DNA from: Octopus vulgaris
Taxonomy: Eukaryota
Direction: 5' to 3'
Assembly (NCBI GenBank): GCA_951406725.2
Contig: OX597820.1
Span: 120,156,001 to 120,220,000 of the forward strand
Length of the DNA: 64,000 nucleotides
Part shown: positions 28,163 to 43,069 of the stretch, piece after piece
How positions within the stretch are numbered: position 1 is the first letter of the stretch
Layout of the letters: every line of letters starts with the position of its first letter
Notes under the pieces: model-generated
What the model saw: the letters and a program-made list of their open reading frames with translations, nothing else
Told to the model about the DNA's origin: nothing
Database searches by the model: none
Made by a program: the position numbers and the translations under genes

Positions 28163-31138
28163 TGTGTGTGTTAAACGAATTAAGCTACGGAAATATGTGT
28201 TTATTTAACTTATTTTATTAATTAACTTATTGTAATCATATATAGATTTCTCGGTTTAAAATAATTCAGCAGTATAGGAATTAAACAAAACACCGAAAAC
28301 AGTGTTTTCGTAGTGAAATAAGGGGAGAAATTTGGTAAATGAGAGTGTAAGTAAACTGCCACCGTGCATGCAAAATAAGGTATTTTTAGGAAGATGTTCT
28401 TATGGAAATAGGTGTATTTAAAAATATGGTAATTTTTTGAAAATTACTTTTGAGGAGGTAGGGTGTAGTTCTTTTTACACAATGTAACGGAATGTCGCGA
28501 CGTGGTTAACTTATCGACGAAAGGAAGTTAATTCGTCATAAATATCTTTTTTTTTCAAGTGTTCGAAATGTGCCACAAAGCTCAGACGTTTTGGTTGGAA
28601 TGCGCAGGTCATAATGTCTTCTAGAAAATAGCGCAAAGGCAGGGAACTTACGTATCATGTAAAATTGTTGTCCTGTCACCCCAAAACCTGACATATTTTG
28701 GCGGACGAGTTTACCGTGGTTGAGAGGCAGCTTGACTGAGTAAAACCTGACAAAATCCGAACGAAATGATGACCTTTGTCAGTCTGTAGAACTCACCAAA
28801 TTTCGACAGCTCTTCAAGTAGAGCTGCTGTAGGACGACTGGACAGGAGTGTTACATTTAGTAACTGACTTGTTTTTGAATTGGTAGAATGGACATGGATG
28901 AGTGGTTCTTATCTACGCGCAGAAAACGTCTATAACAGAAGGCCAAAGCCATATCTGATTGTTCTTCTGTGAAAGCAACAATTTTATGATGGCGTGAGAA
29001 GTCCATACGGAAACAATCTTACTCGAAGAAACAAGGCTTTGCCTTTACAACGCATAGCAAGCCACTTAGTAGCCGCAATTTAGGCCTGAGTAAAGAAAGG
29101 ATATCATAAGTTTCACCAGTTTAGACACAGTGTATGTATTGAACAGTGAAAAACCACATTCCTTGTTGAACTTCGGATCGAGGGAAGTCGAAGAAATCGA
29201 AATTTGCACCATCCGACTTCTACCAGAGAAAAGGACGCAGGTAGTGATATTGTTGATCACTCACAAACACCAAAAAGATCTTCGCGGTTCTGAGGTTGTC
29301 AGGATGGGAAACGGAAGTTAATTATACTGATTCCAAGTAGAAAACCGACTGAACAAGCGAATGAGAAGTCAAATATAGATAAAACTTCGTCGTTCTCTAT
29401 GAAACCGATGTAAATATACCGGACAGGAATAGATTTAGTTACGGTAGATATTCTTTAACCAGAAACAAGGACGTGAAGACACAGAAAAGACATAGCTTAC
29501 ATTACAAGCAAATCTACCAACAACGAACCAGAATGGCACCTAGTGTCACATACTTGTTTGAAGCCATTGTTTTCTAGGAAAAACCTTTAGTAACACTGTG
29601 ATACCAGTTTCTCCTTTTTAACATCACTATAACATATTCTATAGTATTAGAAATATATGATGAAAACAAAATAACAAACATTCTATGGGAGAATAAATAA
29701 CAGAATAAATAAATGGCCCATCCATCCCACACTGGAATATTGAATTTTTAAGAGGCCTCTAAGAGATTATCATTGAAAGATTTTCTTCAGATTTGCAATA
29801 TACGATTAATTGAAGGAGATGATCGCTTGTGAAAGAATTAAAAGCAGAAAATAAAACAATATTAAGATTTATCGAATAATGACATTTTAAGTAGTAATTG
29901 TTTTAAATCAGTTTTATTAAGATGAAATTTATTTTTATAAATATTTAAAAATTAATAATTTGTGGGGAAAACGACTTTTAAATAAAAATTATAATAAGAA
30001 ATAAATAATTTTGTAAATTATTTTCATTATTAACGTAATATGTTCAATAAAAATACGAGTTGTCTATTTATAGCACATTCTCGATTATTCGTATTAACAA
30101 GACCGAAAATATGTGCTTTCAAAAAATAATCATTTATAATCATGTATTTGTTTTCTCATAGAACATGCATAGGAAAATAATTTTGTTTTACATATTGTAA
30201 ATGCATAACTTCTAAAAAAATTGTTATTTTTTGAGACCCAAATTATATTTCTTTAGCAATGTAGTGGAATAATTTTGCCTATTACATTTTTACTGTATTT
30301 ATTCAGCCAGATCCTTGCGACTGATACAGTTTCGTATAATTGGATATCAGTGTCTATGGTCACTGGAATCATACGTAATTAACGCCTGCTTGCAATTTCT
30401 AAGTGACTGCGAACTTTCCAAATTAGGAGAAACACTCGGTTAAAACCTAACACAACTACGTAAGATGTAGGACAGATAATAAAATATAATTTTTCTTTCT
30501 GTCAAATCAAAAGGCATTTCATAGCAATTATGGCACTCGTGATTGAATTTAACATTAAGTTTGATTACTCTGCAACTCAATAAGGTTTTCTGGTAGCCTC
30601 ATGTCAACGTTAGCGGCATTTATCCCAAATGGGTCTACTACCAAACTTTGATGACCATTTGAAAGGCATCTTTGAAATAATTTCCTTATCTTTGAGCAAT
30701 TTTTGAAAGTGCTTCATGCATATTAAATTATAATATTCTTGCAGGTTCTCTACCAATTGTTGAAAGATTTACCAAATCCTTACACACGCAATCTGTCCTC
30801 AACAGACTAAGTCTTCGAAGGAAAACACTAACAACCTTTTATCTAAATGACATTACCCCAAAATACTGACTTAATTTTCACTGTAATGGGTAGTATAATT
30901 CCTGAAGTAAACAACTCATATGAAGACAAATAGTAGTTCCTATCAATAAGAAGCTTGAAAAGAGATCTTTAAAGTTTAGCAGTGTGCATTAAGCTTTATC
31001 TCAATGGTTGGAAATTTTTGGAGAAAAATCCAAGAAAGCAATTTTCGCTTTTCTTAATTGAACACTTGCGCAACATTTTGCATCAACTATTTTTAAAGCA
31101 ATAAGAAACAACCAAACAACATCATTATTCCATACATT

Positions 31139-31565
31139 GCGCAGGAGTGGCTGTGTGGTAAGTAGCTTGCTAACTAACTACATGGTTCCGGGTTCAGTCC
31201 CACTGCGTGGCATCTTGGGCAAGTGTCTTCTGCTATAGCCCCGGGCCGACCAATGCCTTGTGAGTGGATTTGGTAGACGGAAATTGAAAGAAGCCTGTCG
31301 TATATATGTATATATATATATATGTATATATAAGTGTGTGTGTATATGTTTGTGTGTCTGTGTTTGTCCCCCTAGCATTGCTTGACAACCGATGCTGGTG
31401 TGTTTACGTCCCCGTCACTTAGCGGTTCGGCAAAAGAGACCGATAGAATAAGTACTGGGCTTACAAAGAATAAGTCCCGGGATCGATTTTCTCGACTAAA
31501 GGCGGTGCTCCAGCATGGCCGCAATCAAATGACTGAAACAAGTAAAAGAGTAAAAGAGTAAGAGT
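31139..31565 (+). mobile_element. tRNA-derived SINE, family 2
   Basis: Full-length copy of 26384-26796. Imperfect TSD TATTCCATACA/TATTGCATACA. Confidence 0.9.
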
Positions 31566-32986
31566 ATTGCATACACACCAAGCAAGTAATAATTAGTGTT
31601 GAATTCAGTTCCTTTAAAAGAAAACAACATTCGACCCTAATTTGAATTAAATGGTTTCAAGTAAAGCAGATGCAAGTGCTAATGAGAAAATTCAGGGAGG
31701 ATTACGAAAATTAATCCCTTGCCAAAAAACATTGGGTTATCGCAATGGCTTTCCTTCAACTGATTTTGAAGAATTATACGAAATAAAATCGTTTACATTT
31801 GCTTATCAGTGTGTCAGGAGCTGCAATGTATAAGACTTGAAGTGCGTTCATATCTGTCTCCCTAGGTAGACACATTTATATACACTACAAGTGAGACCAT
31901 ACATCATTTTGACAAACAAATGATTTTTAGGAATTATTCCAAATTCATAGAATTTCTCATATCAAGTGAGAGGAAACTTACAGTTGTTTAACACAATGCT
32001 TATTATTATAGGATTCTTTTCTGAGTTAATTTTCAGCTCTTTCATTAAACATAGGTTACTTGCGTTTCGCTTAGCTGATAGCATTCAGTATAAGTGAAAT
32101 ATTTTAATCTGCCATATGGCATACATAAGTTCATCCGTAATCGCAGAAGGCATAACATATTTGATAAAAATTTAGAGCATTAAAACTTCGTGATTAGAAT
32201 AAAAATTTTGTCGTTTGACAATAGAATGCATTAAAATAGTTTATGCTTCAATAGGTGCCATAAGTTGCTAGTCGACATAAAGGAATTAGAATTTGCTAAT
32301 TACAACTTTATATTTAAATTGTTCAAATATTTTAAATGATCAATGCGTGGTTCGTGTCGTAAGGCAAATGGAAGCCTCGGGGCCATTCGAGTGGATGACC
32401 TACTTTCTATCCGCGCTGTTAAGGCAATGCTTTCCTTTTGCATTGTGGATATCCCTCGTGCTGTTATTTTCATTGTTTTCATTTCCCTTAGATTTATATT
32501 TGCCTGAAGGTTAAATAGCAACACAATATTCTAAACAACAAAATCTGCGTGAACGAAGGGTCCCAATGTAATTTCTGTACGGCGTTTTACTTGTTTTGCT
32601 GTCAGTTGGATTTTTGAAGACATTCTGCGTCAGTGGATTGGGATTTTCACAGCAGCACTTAATATATACCCATGGCAAGTATATTGTTGACAAGGCTATA
32701 ACAAATATAAACATGTTTACGAAAATTAACCAATGTTTGATTAAGTAATAATTAAATACTTCGTTAAGTCTTTTGTGAGTTTTACATTCACAGATAATTT
32801 GAATTCATTTAACTTGGTCAGTTATTCACAACAATTCTATGAGGCTAACGTTCCTTATCTTTAGTTAAGACCCCAAAATTTCCAAGTGTGTAGTTATGCC
32901 CGATTAGCAATAAATCTACTGCTGCTACTGCTATAAATAATACCACCAAAGAACTACCACCACCACCACCACCTCTGATACAACTG

Positions 32987-33038
<52 letters not shown>

Positions 33039-33092
33039 AAATACTATTTGTTGCTAAATATACAGGTGTTCACACAGAGACAACGCACATGC

Positions 33093-33141
<49 letters not shown>

Positions 33142-33150
33142 ATATGTGTG

Positions 33151-33207
<57 letters not shown>

Positions 33208-33268
33208 GAAAAATGTATAGAAATGGTTTTTCTGATAAGTTTCCCACTTTCATAATACGATGTATTTT

Positions 33269-33480
33269 GGCGGTGAGCTGGCAGAAGCGTTATCACGCTG
33301 GGCGAAATAGCAGTATTTCGTCTGTCTTTACGTTCTGAGTTCAAATTCCGCCGAGGTCGACTTTGCCTTTCATCCTTTCGAGGTCGATAAATTAAATACC
33401 AGTAGCGTAGTGGGAGCAATCTAGTCGACTGGTCGCTCCCCCCAAATTTCGGGCCTTGTGACTAGAGTAGAAAAAAATAA
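33269..33480 (+). mobile_element. SINE family 3 (tail variant a)
   Basis: GGCGGTGAGCTGGCAGAA..GAGTTCAAATTCCGCCGAGGTCGACTTTGCCTTTCATCC; tail CCCCAAATTTCGGGCCTTGTGACTAGAG. Confidence 0.85.
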
Positions 33481-33574
33481 TTAGATGTATATAAGTAAGG
33501 TAAAAAAAAAACTAATCATTAAAGTGAAAAAATTGTGAGATGTCATTTATATTCATTTTTCAAATATATTTTAC

Positions 33575-34055
33575 TGTACCAAGGGCCTATACACAAATGG
33601 TGGCTGCCCCCTCGTTATCGAGTATGGCCATTGCACAAAGCTTAATCAATGTTGTTATCATGCAATTCCTGTGCAAGAAGATTTTTTTAAAATCCGCAGG
33701 TTTTCTGTCGGAGTTATCCCAGTTACTTGAGTTACCTTCTCCTAGAAGTATGCCCTAACAAAGGCTAGGAGTCCTTCACTCCGATTGGTTTAACCGCGCG
33801 ATCGGGTATTCAGTCCGATTATTTCTATGTCCACGCGCATGATACAGCCTTAAGACATTTATTGGATGGCCGTTGACACTCAAGAGTTCCTGCGCCCTTT
33901 GACGGGTTTTGTTTTTCATCCGCATGGTGTCCAATAAACACCCTCCTCACCAAGCAGGCTTGGTGGGGTTGCCGGTTTAGTCGCCGACGACCCCACCATG
34001 CAACAGGTTGTACTGGGTTACATGTTACCAGTAGCACTCGAAAGTGACCCGACAT
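33575..34055 (-). mobile_element. GC-richer repeat, probably related to an RTE-LINE 5' UTR
   Basis: Minus-strand CCTAGCCTTTGTTAGGGCATACTTCTAGGAGAAGGTAACTC resembles a motif recalled from RTE 5' regions; (TA)n at one end. Confidence 0.4.
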
Positions 34056-34068
34056 AATTATACACAAA

Positions 34069-34126
<58 letters not shown>

Positions 34127-36039
34127 GAAGACTATTTGCCAACATAAATGTGACAAGCATATTTGGGACAACTGTTGCCGTTGATTAACTGGTTATATGA
34201 CAATATTTGTGTCCTTATATTTTTGAACAGGGCAGCTCAGCAGCCTCTAGGTCTTCCACATTATATTGGTAAATAATCCTTACTTTATATTACTGTTCTT
34301 TTACTGAGACCTACTTCTTCGAGTGTTCCTACTATCAACTGGCAATAATGAAAGGGAAACGGGACAACAACGTTCTGTGATTTCTCTCAGGAAAAATAGG
34401 CGTTTGTAAATTTTATATTACGAAAGATTACTATAATTTATTTTAATTTATTCTTCCTTTAATTTTAACATGATTAAATCATCTTTACTCCGTTAATTTA
34501 TCCCTTATTAAATTTACGAAGTATATAAATATGTATGCGTGCGGGCGCGCGAGTGTGTAGTTATAGTTATTCAACTGCAAGCCCACCCAATCGATCTCAT
34601 ATATGATCAGCAATATTCCAGCTGTTATTATCCTTTCTTGTCCTATGCCGATCGAAGCCAGGATTATATTATACATTTTGTCAATTCCAGAATGCCAGGC
34701 TGTGGTATGGATGAAAGGTGTTTGACTACAAATTCTAGTACATAACAGACCTCCACGCGCAGGTCCTTTTTCTTTGGAGTTGGGGTAGGGGCTATAAAGT
34801 ATGCCAGTAGTACAGACCTTAGCAATTGTTTGTATTTCATCTTAAGATGTCATTGCACATGGTCTCATTGCATAAAGTCTTTTGTACGACCAGCTAGATA
34901 TTGGCGTGCACAAAGAACAAAGAAAGGTTTACTAATCATTTGCAGCAAACGAATTGTTTTTCTCAAAGGCCTAGATTATAGGCAATCCAGTAACTGAGTG
35001 TAAATGCTGTCAAAAGAGTAGCCTCAAGCAAATCCACGTATAAAGTGAAGGCGGTAATGATAGGGTAAGTAGAAACTAAATATAGTTAATCAGATAATCT
35101 ATGGACGTTCCTAAGTCCTAGGCGTCAGTCGATGTGAGATTGTAGTAGAACGAACTCCGCGAGAGTGCTTATACCTTAGAATCAAACCAAGAGAAAATTA
35201 TTACAAGTTTTTGAATCGCCCTGCCTTCCGTTGTTGCCAAGCGTAGAGTGACTATTTACAAGATTAACGCAACTAAGAATTAGTGTATATAATAACGCCG
35301 ACTGGAATTAGCAAGAGAGGATATCACATAAGATTTTATACTGTTGCTCTTTCTTTCTGAATTACATTCATTGCAAATAACACCGATCATCTAGTTCCAG
35401 TAGAACTTCATTTACCAAAATAATGGAAAAAAACAAACATGCTAATCACTCTGAAATCAACACTATATTTATCAGTAACATTCATGCATATTCAAAATCA
35501 GCATACAACGTTTATTTTTCTTCTTTTTCTGTGGTTTCACACCACATGATCATTTTGCTTGAGAAAAGAACAAACACGGTACATCTAAAGAAATCATTCA
35601 CATGTGAAAGTTCTCTGACACCTTAAAGAAATCATTCAATATCATTAAGCGAAGAGGCACACATGCACATGAACTGCAACAGATGGATTCCATGCAACTA
35701 AGACGTGGTTCTAATTCTCGATTCAAAAATTTTCTATGAACGACTGTGCTTCAATACCACCTGATTAACAGGAAAACTTTCTAAATTTCTTTTTACTTCC
35801 TTAATCTCAGTTTTTTTTTTTCTTTGTATATAAGACAACGTTCAATACTTTTTGGCATGACAACATCCTTTTATCAATTTATTGTATACCCGTCTGCCTC
35901 AGGTCTATATCCTTCTATCAATGAGATGGTACACAGATTGTATTGTCTTGATTCACGTGGAGTTTTCACTGGTTCATAGATTTTATTTTTGTTTCGCCAA
36001 AATGAAATCACTCATTTTGTTTGTACCTGCACATTTTAC

Positions 36040-36111
<72 letters not shown>

Positions 36112-36197
36112 CTATGCATATATACGTATATCTATACATATATATTATATCTATACATATATATTATATATATACATATGTATATACACAGACGTGT

Positions 36198-36233
<36 letters not shown>

Positions 36234-36354
36234 CAACGGTTTCTGTAGCTGTTACATTTGTTCTATTAATCATCTTTTCCATACAATTTGAGTTTTTCGA
36301 TACATTCGGTGTTTTTTTTTTCTCTTAACGGGTGTGATTATTCGTGCAATGGAA

Positions 36355-36473
<119 letters not shown>

Positions 36474-36502
36474 CATATATATATATACATATATATGTAT
36501 TG

Positions 36503-36556
<54 letters not shown>

Positions 36557-36572
36557 TATATATATATATATA

Positions 36573-36632
<60 letters not shown>

Positions 36633-37174
36633 ATCTCTCTATTTATTCATGTATTTAACAAATAACAAATAGAAAAGTTTCGCGTGCCAATTAGAAAACA
36701 AGCCTTTCGGGGTTTAATCTCGTTCGTCTTCTTTGATGTGTTCCTTATACAAGAGTCAGAAAAGCTTCGCTTATATCTTATTTGTCTGAGATCTTTTGTT
36801 AATAACATAACCTTCGATTTGTTTGATATTTTGGCATTCTAGTATATTCTTATTTAGAATGGGATAACGTTCATCCTTTCATGTTTCGTCTCTCGTTATA
36901 TATTCTGGAATGCTTCTTTTCATTTACTGATTTCTTTGTGCACTTCTCAATTTCTGTCAAAAGTTTTCTTTGTCTATAACGACTCGTCATGTCTGCTATT
37001 CCGCCGCATGTTTTAATATGACATAAATAAAACAAAGGCACCTTATCATAAGCATATTATAAATATATATATATATACATATACATATATATATTATTAT
37101 TTTTTTGCAAAAAAACAATGTAATTTTCTTTTTCCCCTCTCCTCAATTATAAACAATTTTTCTTTTCACCTTAT

Positions 37175-37216
37175 AATTCTTGAAAAGTCGCATTGCGATG
37201 AAAACTGTTTTGAATT
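37175..37216 (+). ncRNA. Hammerhead-like motif with a U3-A8 core
   Basis: AATTC-TTGAAAA-GTCGC-ATT-GCGAT-GAAA-ACTGT-TTT-GAATT. Confidence 0.45.
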
Positions 37217-37410
37217 AATATATACATATTTTTTTAAAATATTTTTAAAATCTTCAACACACCCATTTTTATTATAATTTACCTTCAACTTAGCATTCTG
37301 CCTTTTTATAATTTTTCCTTGCCTATCATTTCTCCACGTGCGGTCAACACAACCTCACCATTTATTGATTTTTTACATATATATAATATTTTTGCATTAT
37401 TATAAATATG

Positions 37411-37529
<119 letters not shown>

Positions 37530-37556
37530 TTTACATTATTATAAATAAATAAATAA

Positions 37557-37606
<50 letters not shown>

Positions 37607-38149
37607 TTATATATATATATACTCTTAGAGTTCTATGTATATATGAGCAGCATTATAAACAGTACAAATTACAGTAGCATTCCCATTTCTTGCTTTAGTA
37701 CGGTTCTTCGCAGAAGATGTTCTGGTATTCTGGTTGTCACTTCATGTTATCTCTCTTTCATGGTTTCCTCAAATAATTGAAGTCGCAGGCATGTTAGTCT
37801 CATGACACCGCACATATTTTCGTCTCTGGTATTACAATTAAAACAAAATCATATTGTGACCGGGAAACGGAAAAAAACGCACCTCACTTCACACCTATCA
37901 AATAACTTATGATCACATATTCCAGTATTTTTCAGATATATTCCTAAAATTGATTGAATGTATGTTGTAAATTTTGTTGAAAGAAAAGTAAATTTGTATA
38001 CATGTATGTATGTCTGTATTCCAGTATGTATGTATGTATGTATGTATGTATGTATGTACGTACGTACGTATGTATGTATGTATGTATGTATGCATGCATG
38101 CATGTATATATGTATGTATATATGTATGTATGTATGTATTTATCTATCA

Positions 38150-38204
<55 letters not shown>

Positions 38205-39215
38205 AATAGGTGTATATGTATATGTCTATATATTTATATATGAATGCATGTATATATATATATATATATAATCCATATAAGAAGACTAATATTTTAGCAG
38301 TCTTTAATAACCAATTAATTCTGTTTCCATGCCATTTTGTAATATTTGCGGTTTTAGACATTAGAATGACATTTTATTAGAATTGCATCAAATAATACAT
38401 TCTTTTATTTTGCAACTATCAAGCGTTGGGCGTTGCTCTTATCTGGAGGAAACAATAAGTATAAAACAAGAATTTAAAAATTGTGAAATCGCGATCAACA
38501 CTGTAATCTTAAGAGATATGTGAATTGTGGAAACGAGCGTAGTAATGCTTTAGATATTTATTAATTCTATCAAAGGATTATTTTGATTATTGTTATATTT
38601 ATCCTCCATTTTTTGGTACAGTGCGATGCAACACTTAAGATTTGTTCAATAGTTATTGTCATTAAACTTTGGCCGGTATAATGGAAAGGAGCTTTATTTG
38701 CATATTCAAGACGTTCCCTTTAAAAAACTATAAAAATGCACAAGGAGCAGATACACATGCAGATACAGACACTTGCTCAGACACATAAACACAAGCAACA
38801 GGTATAGAGACATACACAAGTACACATTCATATATACGCTAATATACAAACAGGCACATACATATAAGTTACCATTTACCTGAGAAATTTGCATAATCAA
38901 TATGAGATATACTATTTAAATTTTTTTTCTGCCTTCCTTTTTCATCGTTAAATGAATATAAGCTCGTACAATCGTAAGTGACTAGCTAGCGAAAATTCGA
39001 AACATTTTAAGATATTGAGAAAAAAAATGTAAACGATGAAAGCGCTGCACTCGGAAAAATCATTGATAATTTAAATATTCAAGTAGGAATATGGCTTAGT
39101 ATTCCTTCGATGCATTTAAGACACTGAGAAAACGTCTGCAATTTACATATCAATCACATTGCTTATGATACACGCATACATACACACATACATAATACAT
39201 ACATGCATGCATACA

Positions 39216-39267
<52 letters not shown>

Positions 39268-40464
39268 TGTGTGTGTGAACGGGTTTTTTGTTGTATATGT
39301 TTATGAGTGTATGTCAGGTTATATACATATTTGTGTCTACGGATGCTGTCGTATATATTTAAATATTCTCTTTGGTAAACAACTATCAGAAGATATTTTG
39401 CTAAACGATGTTTTGTGATTATAATTTGTCGTTTTTCCTTTAAGATATGGCATGAAGAAATCAGTAGATGCATATCTAAAACTATATACATGTTTTATAT
39501 ATCTCTAACACGCACACACACATATACGGACACAACACACGCACAGAACGATAGATAGATAGATAAATAGATAGACAGCTAGATAGATATGATATGATAT
39601 ATACATAGATGTCTTACTGAATTACAGCTGTATATATTTTTCTCTGTTGAAATGAAAGGAGATATGTTATCTTATTATTCCGTGGTTAGCATAATAAAAG
39701 GCCATTGAAATTTTAGATTATCTTCCTTACAATAACTGGGCAACTGGGGACACTGCGTGACATGTATGTCATCTTGGTGTCTTCCGCATCAGGAACAAGA
39801 ATCTTTAATATTTCCTCCCTAATATACTTGTTCTAACATCCAGTCATTGTGGAACTGTATTATTATTTCCTTACTTTAAAATCGATGTGTCGCACTGTTT
39901 GCTTGTTTTCACGAGGAAAAAAAATTAACATAATGGTATAATTGAATCTAAATCTGCTGATCTGAAATATATTTTTACTTTACTTCCTGGAAGTAATACG
40001 AATTATTACATTCGGCAGAAATTGTCTCACGCCAGAAACAAAAGTACTCTTTTCTGGACTTCCTTATTGCAATAAATATTAGTTTCACAGACGAATCTTT
40101 GCACCAGCCGTGGCAGTTGTTGGGCGGGTGAGGGCTTACTTTCTTCACACGCATACACTAATGTCTCTAGCATTTGTAGGTATTTTGACTTATTAACATT
40201 TTCCAAGATATAATGAAAAGCTGTAGTGAATTCTTCAGCCTGTTAAATGTATGTGTATTAATCGGACATGATATAAACTTAGCTACGCTATAGACGTATT
40301 ACACCTTCCAATGTCAGTTATGCTATCAGTGATATATCTTATATAAAGACCAAAATTAGTTTTAAAAAATACGATCCCAAAAGCCTTACATGTCTCTGGC
40401 CAAAATTTTATTCGAAACATGCTCCACGGTAACATTAGGCTCCGACTACTTTACAGGAAAATTC

Positions 40465-40877
40465 AGATCTTTTCGGTTTGAACGGCAGCTTTTAACATAA
40501 TTTCTAGGTAACTAAAAAAATTTAAACATGGTATACTTGTAGAATGTGTTTATAAAACATCTTTTTCTATTGGCTTTATTGAGAAAATTCTATAGTTTGT
40601 AATATATTTGTTGTTTTTTTCTTCAATTTCTGCAATTTCAACCAATCTCTGACGTCCATCGAGGTAAACAACATTATGTGCCGTATGAGAAACAGATTAG
40701 GTTTATTTACATTTGTGGAGAAAAAAGATACCCTTCCCCCACCCCTAACCCTAACCCTAACTAACCCTAACCCTAAAACAGATTGAAATGCAATAGATCG
40801 ATACTAGGGTCATAATTATGGGTGACAATTTCATATGACACCGCTAGAAAAAACTGCCGTTCAAACCAAAAAGATCC
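40465..40877. mobile_element. MITE, second full copy
   Basis: Same TIRs as 1614-2055. Imperfect 8-bp TSD GAAAATTC/GAAAAGTC; internal CCCTAACCCTAACCCTAA. Confidence 0.85.
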
Positions 40878-41194
40878 GAAAAGTCAAGTCCATTCTGTCT
40901 TGGATAAAATTTGGTCCAACATTTAATGCAGGCAGTGTTTGTTAGCGTGCGGTCAGCTGATGGATGAAACACTACCAATTACTTACGAGCATAATCTAGC
41001 ATTGGCAATGTGGATAAGCTCAAAATATATTTTACGAAAACTATACGATTACGTATCTGCCTGTCTCTCTCACAGTCTACTGCTTTCTCTGTCAGGTTGT
41101 CCCTCTGTTCACGTATATATTTATATGTATGTAATGTTCACACCCACACATATATACATACATGTATGCATAAACACATCAGTACATATTTTCA

Positions 41195-41300
41195 ATTTCT
41201 GCATATTTTTCTCTTATTCCCTTCTGCTGAAGAGAGTAGGCTCGAAAGGTAAAATACTTCATTTTCCTGAACGTCTTCGTCTTTTGTTTTTCTATAAATG
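41195..41300 (+). mobile_element. Degenerate family A hammerhead-bearing repeat
   Basis: CTT-CTGCTGA-A-GAGAGTAGGCTC-GAAA-GG-T-A-AAATAC, followed by (TA)n. Confidence 0.5.
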
Positions 41301-41345
<45 letters not shown>

Positions 41346-41676
41346 CTATATAAGCCACATATATCTGGATATAACTAACGCAATAAGAACTCCCTAGTCG
41401 AATGGACTTTGATATTACAAATCTTGACTGCGAAAACATTTAGCTAATCCTATTAAGCTAGGCACGACCAGGACCATTCTTTGGTCGAAACATATCTTAG
41501 CTATATATATATATAACTTAGATATAAATAATATAAACAGCAGTTTGCGATGTTGCACCAAAAAGGAGAATTGCTGACGTCAATAAATACTGAGCCAATG
41601 CTGTAGTTAACGCACATGAATGGAAGCATCTAAACGAACAGCGATCATAATCATTCGAAAAGTACCGATCGAGAAT

Positions 41677-41729
41677 TCTTAATACTGACGCTTCAGTTTC
41701 GACAATTTCCGTTCCTTCATCAGTTAAGA
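41677..41729 (-). ncRNA. Type I hammerhead ribozyme motif (stem II degenerate)
   Basis: Minus strand TCTTAA-CTGATGA-AGGAACGGAAATTGTC-GAAA-CTGA-AGCG-TCAG-T-A-TTAAGA, with perfect stems I and III. Confidence 0.65.
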
Positions 41730-41815
41730 CAGCTCGACTTCGACTCTTCCCGAACTCGGTTCGTCATTAGTATTTCGTCATCCAAATAATTGGATAATTT
41801 AGTGATTCGCTAATG

Positions 41816-41854
<39 letters not shown>

Positions 41855-42321
41855 CAACGGTTTACAGTGAAAAGCAACTTCACATGTGCTTCGGAGAACC
41901 TAATATACTCACTAACCTGCTCCGGGTGTCAAGAGCAGTACATAGGCCAAACAAAAAATGGTTTGCGTAAACGAATGGCCCTGCACAGATCCCAGATAAA
42001 AATTCCCAAAACAGAAAAATAGCTTTTAGCCAACACATAGATACTTGCGCCAACAAAAAAACACCAAACTTCAGAATTTTCCCCCTCTACCAATTTAGGG
42101 ACGATACAACCTCGAGACAAAGAATAAGTAAAGAAAATCTCTTTATTACAAAATACAAGCCACTTCTTAACGGGTCTACGACAAACAATTAATATACCTC
42201 AACTTTAGAATAAAAGAAAAATATATATATACACACACAAATACTACACTCCATAGAATCCATTACTAATCAGCCCCTTCATAGCTATATTTACACCCAT
42301 TCATATTCTCCTTCTCTGTTT

Positions 42322-42700
42322 TTTTCTTCTTCTTCTTCTTCATCATCATCGTTATCATCATCATCGGCGTCATCATCATCACCACCATCATCACCACCAT
42401 CTTCTCCTTCTCCTCCTTCTTCTTCTTCTTCTTCTTCTTCTTCTTCTTCTTCTTCTTCTTCTTCTTCTTCTTCATCATCATCGTTATCATCATCATCGGC
42501 GTCATCATCATCACCACCATCATCACCACCATCTTCTCCTTCTCCTCCTTCTTCTTCTTCTTCTTCTTCTTCTTCTTCTTCTTCTTCTTCTTCTTCTTCA
42601 TCATCATCGTTATCATCATCATCGTCGTCATAATCATCACCACCATCACCATCATCTTCTCCTTCTCCTTCTTCTTCTTCTTCTTCTTCTTCTTCTTCTC
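42322..42700. repeat. Compound (CTT)n/(CAT)n repeat with a higher-order unit of about 130 bp (x3)
   Basis: The block CATCATCGTTATCATCATCATC..CACCACCATC..CTTCTCCTTCTC..(CTT)n occurs three times. Confidence 0.9.
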
Positions 42701-43031
42701 CACCCCCTACCCCTTAAGTTTGTCACTAATGTTTTTTAGTATAACACCTACGCTAATTCTATAAACAATCCTGAATTGAACTGAGACTGCCAGCCGCCAC
42801 TGACCATTCAAAATACGACCATCAGGGCACTCCCAGATTCTCCCACCCCCTTTCCTCACCAGCCTTCCCTCTACTACCCTACCAAGAACTCACAACTACC
42901 TCGAACACACAAGTGCAAACAAGGGAGTCAGAGAAAGGCAGAATGCCACTTAAATCTGAACACTACTATAGAAATATTCTTTTAAAAAAACTTTTCTTCT
43001 AATTTTTCTAAATTTAATTATTTAATCGTTA

Positions 43032-43069
43032 CAGTTGAAAAGGTCTCAAAATGACCGAAACCGGTACTG
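43032..43069 (+). ncRNA. Minimal type I hammerhead with U3-A8 covariation
   Basis: CAG-TTGAAAA-GGTC-TCAAAAT-GACC-GAAA-CCGG-T-A-CTG, with palindromic stem III ACCGGT. Confidence 0.7.

Noticed and set aside
28560-29340. Higher-complexity stretch that may be a decayed transposase
   Set aside because: No motif could be read in any frame by eye.
32300-32715. Possible host exons on the minus strand (acceptor-like TTATAG and CTTCAG, short open frames)
   Set aside because: No recognisable protein and no consistent frame; needs RNA-seq.
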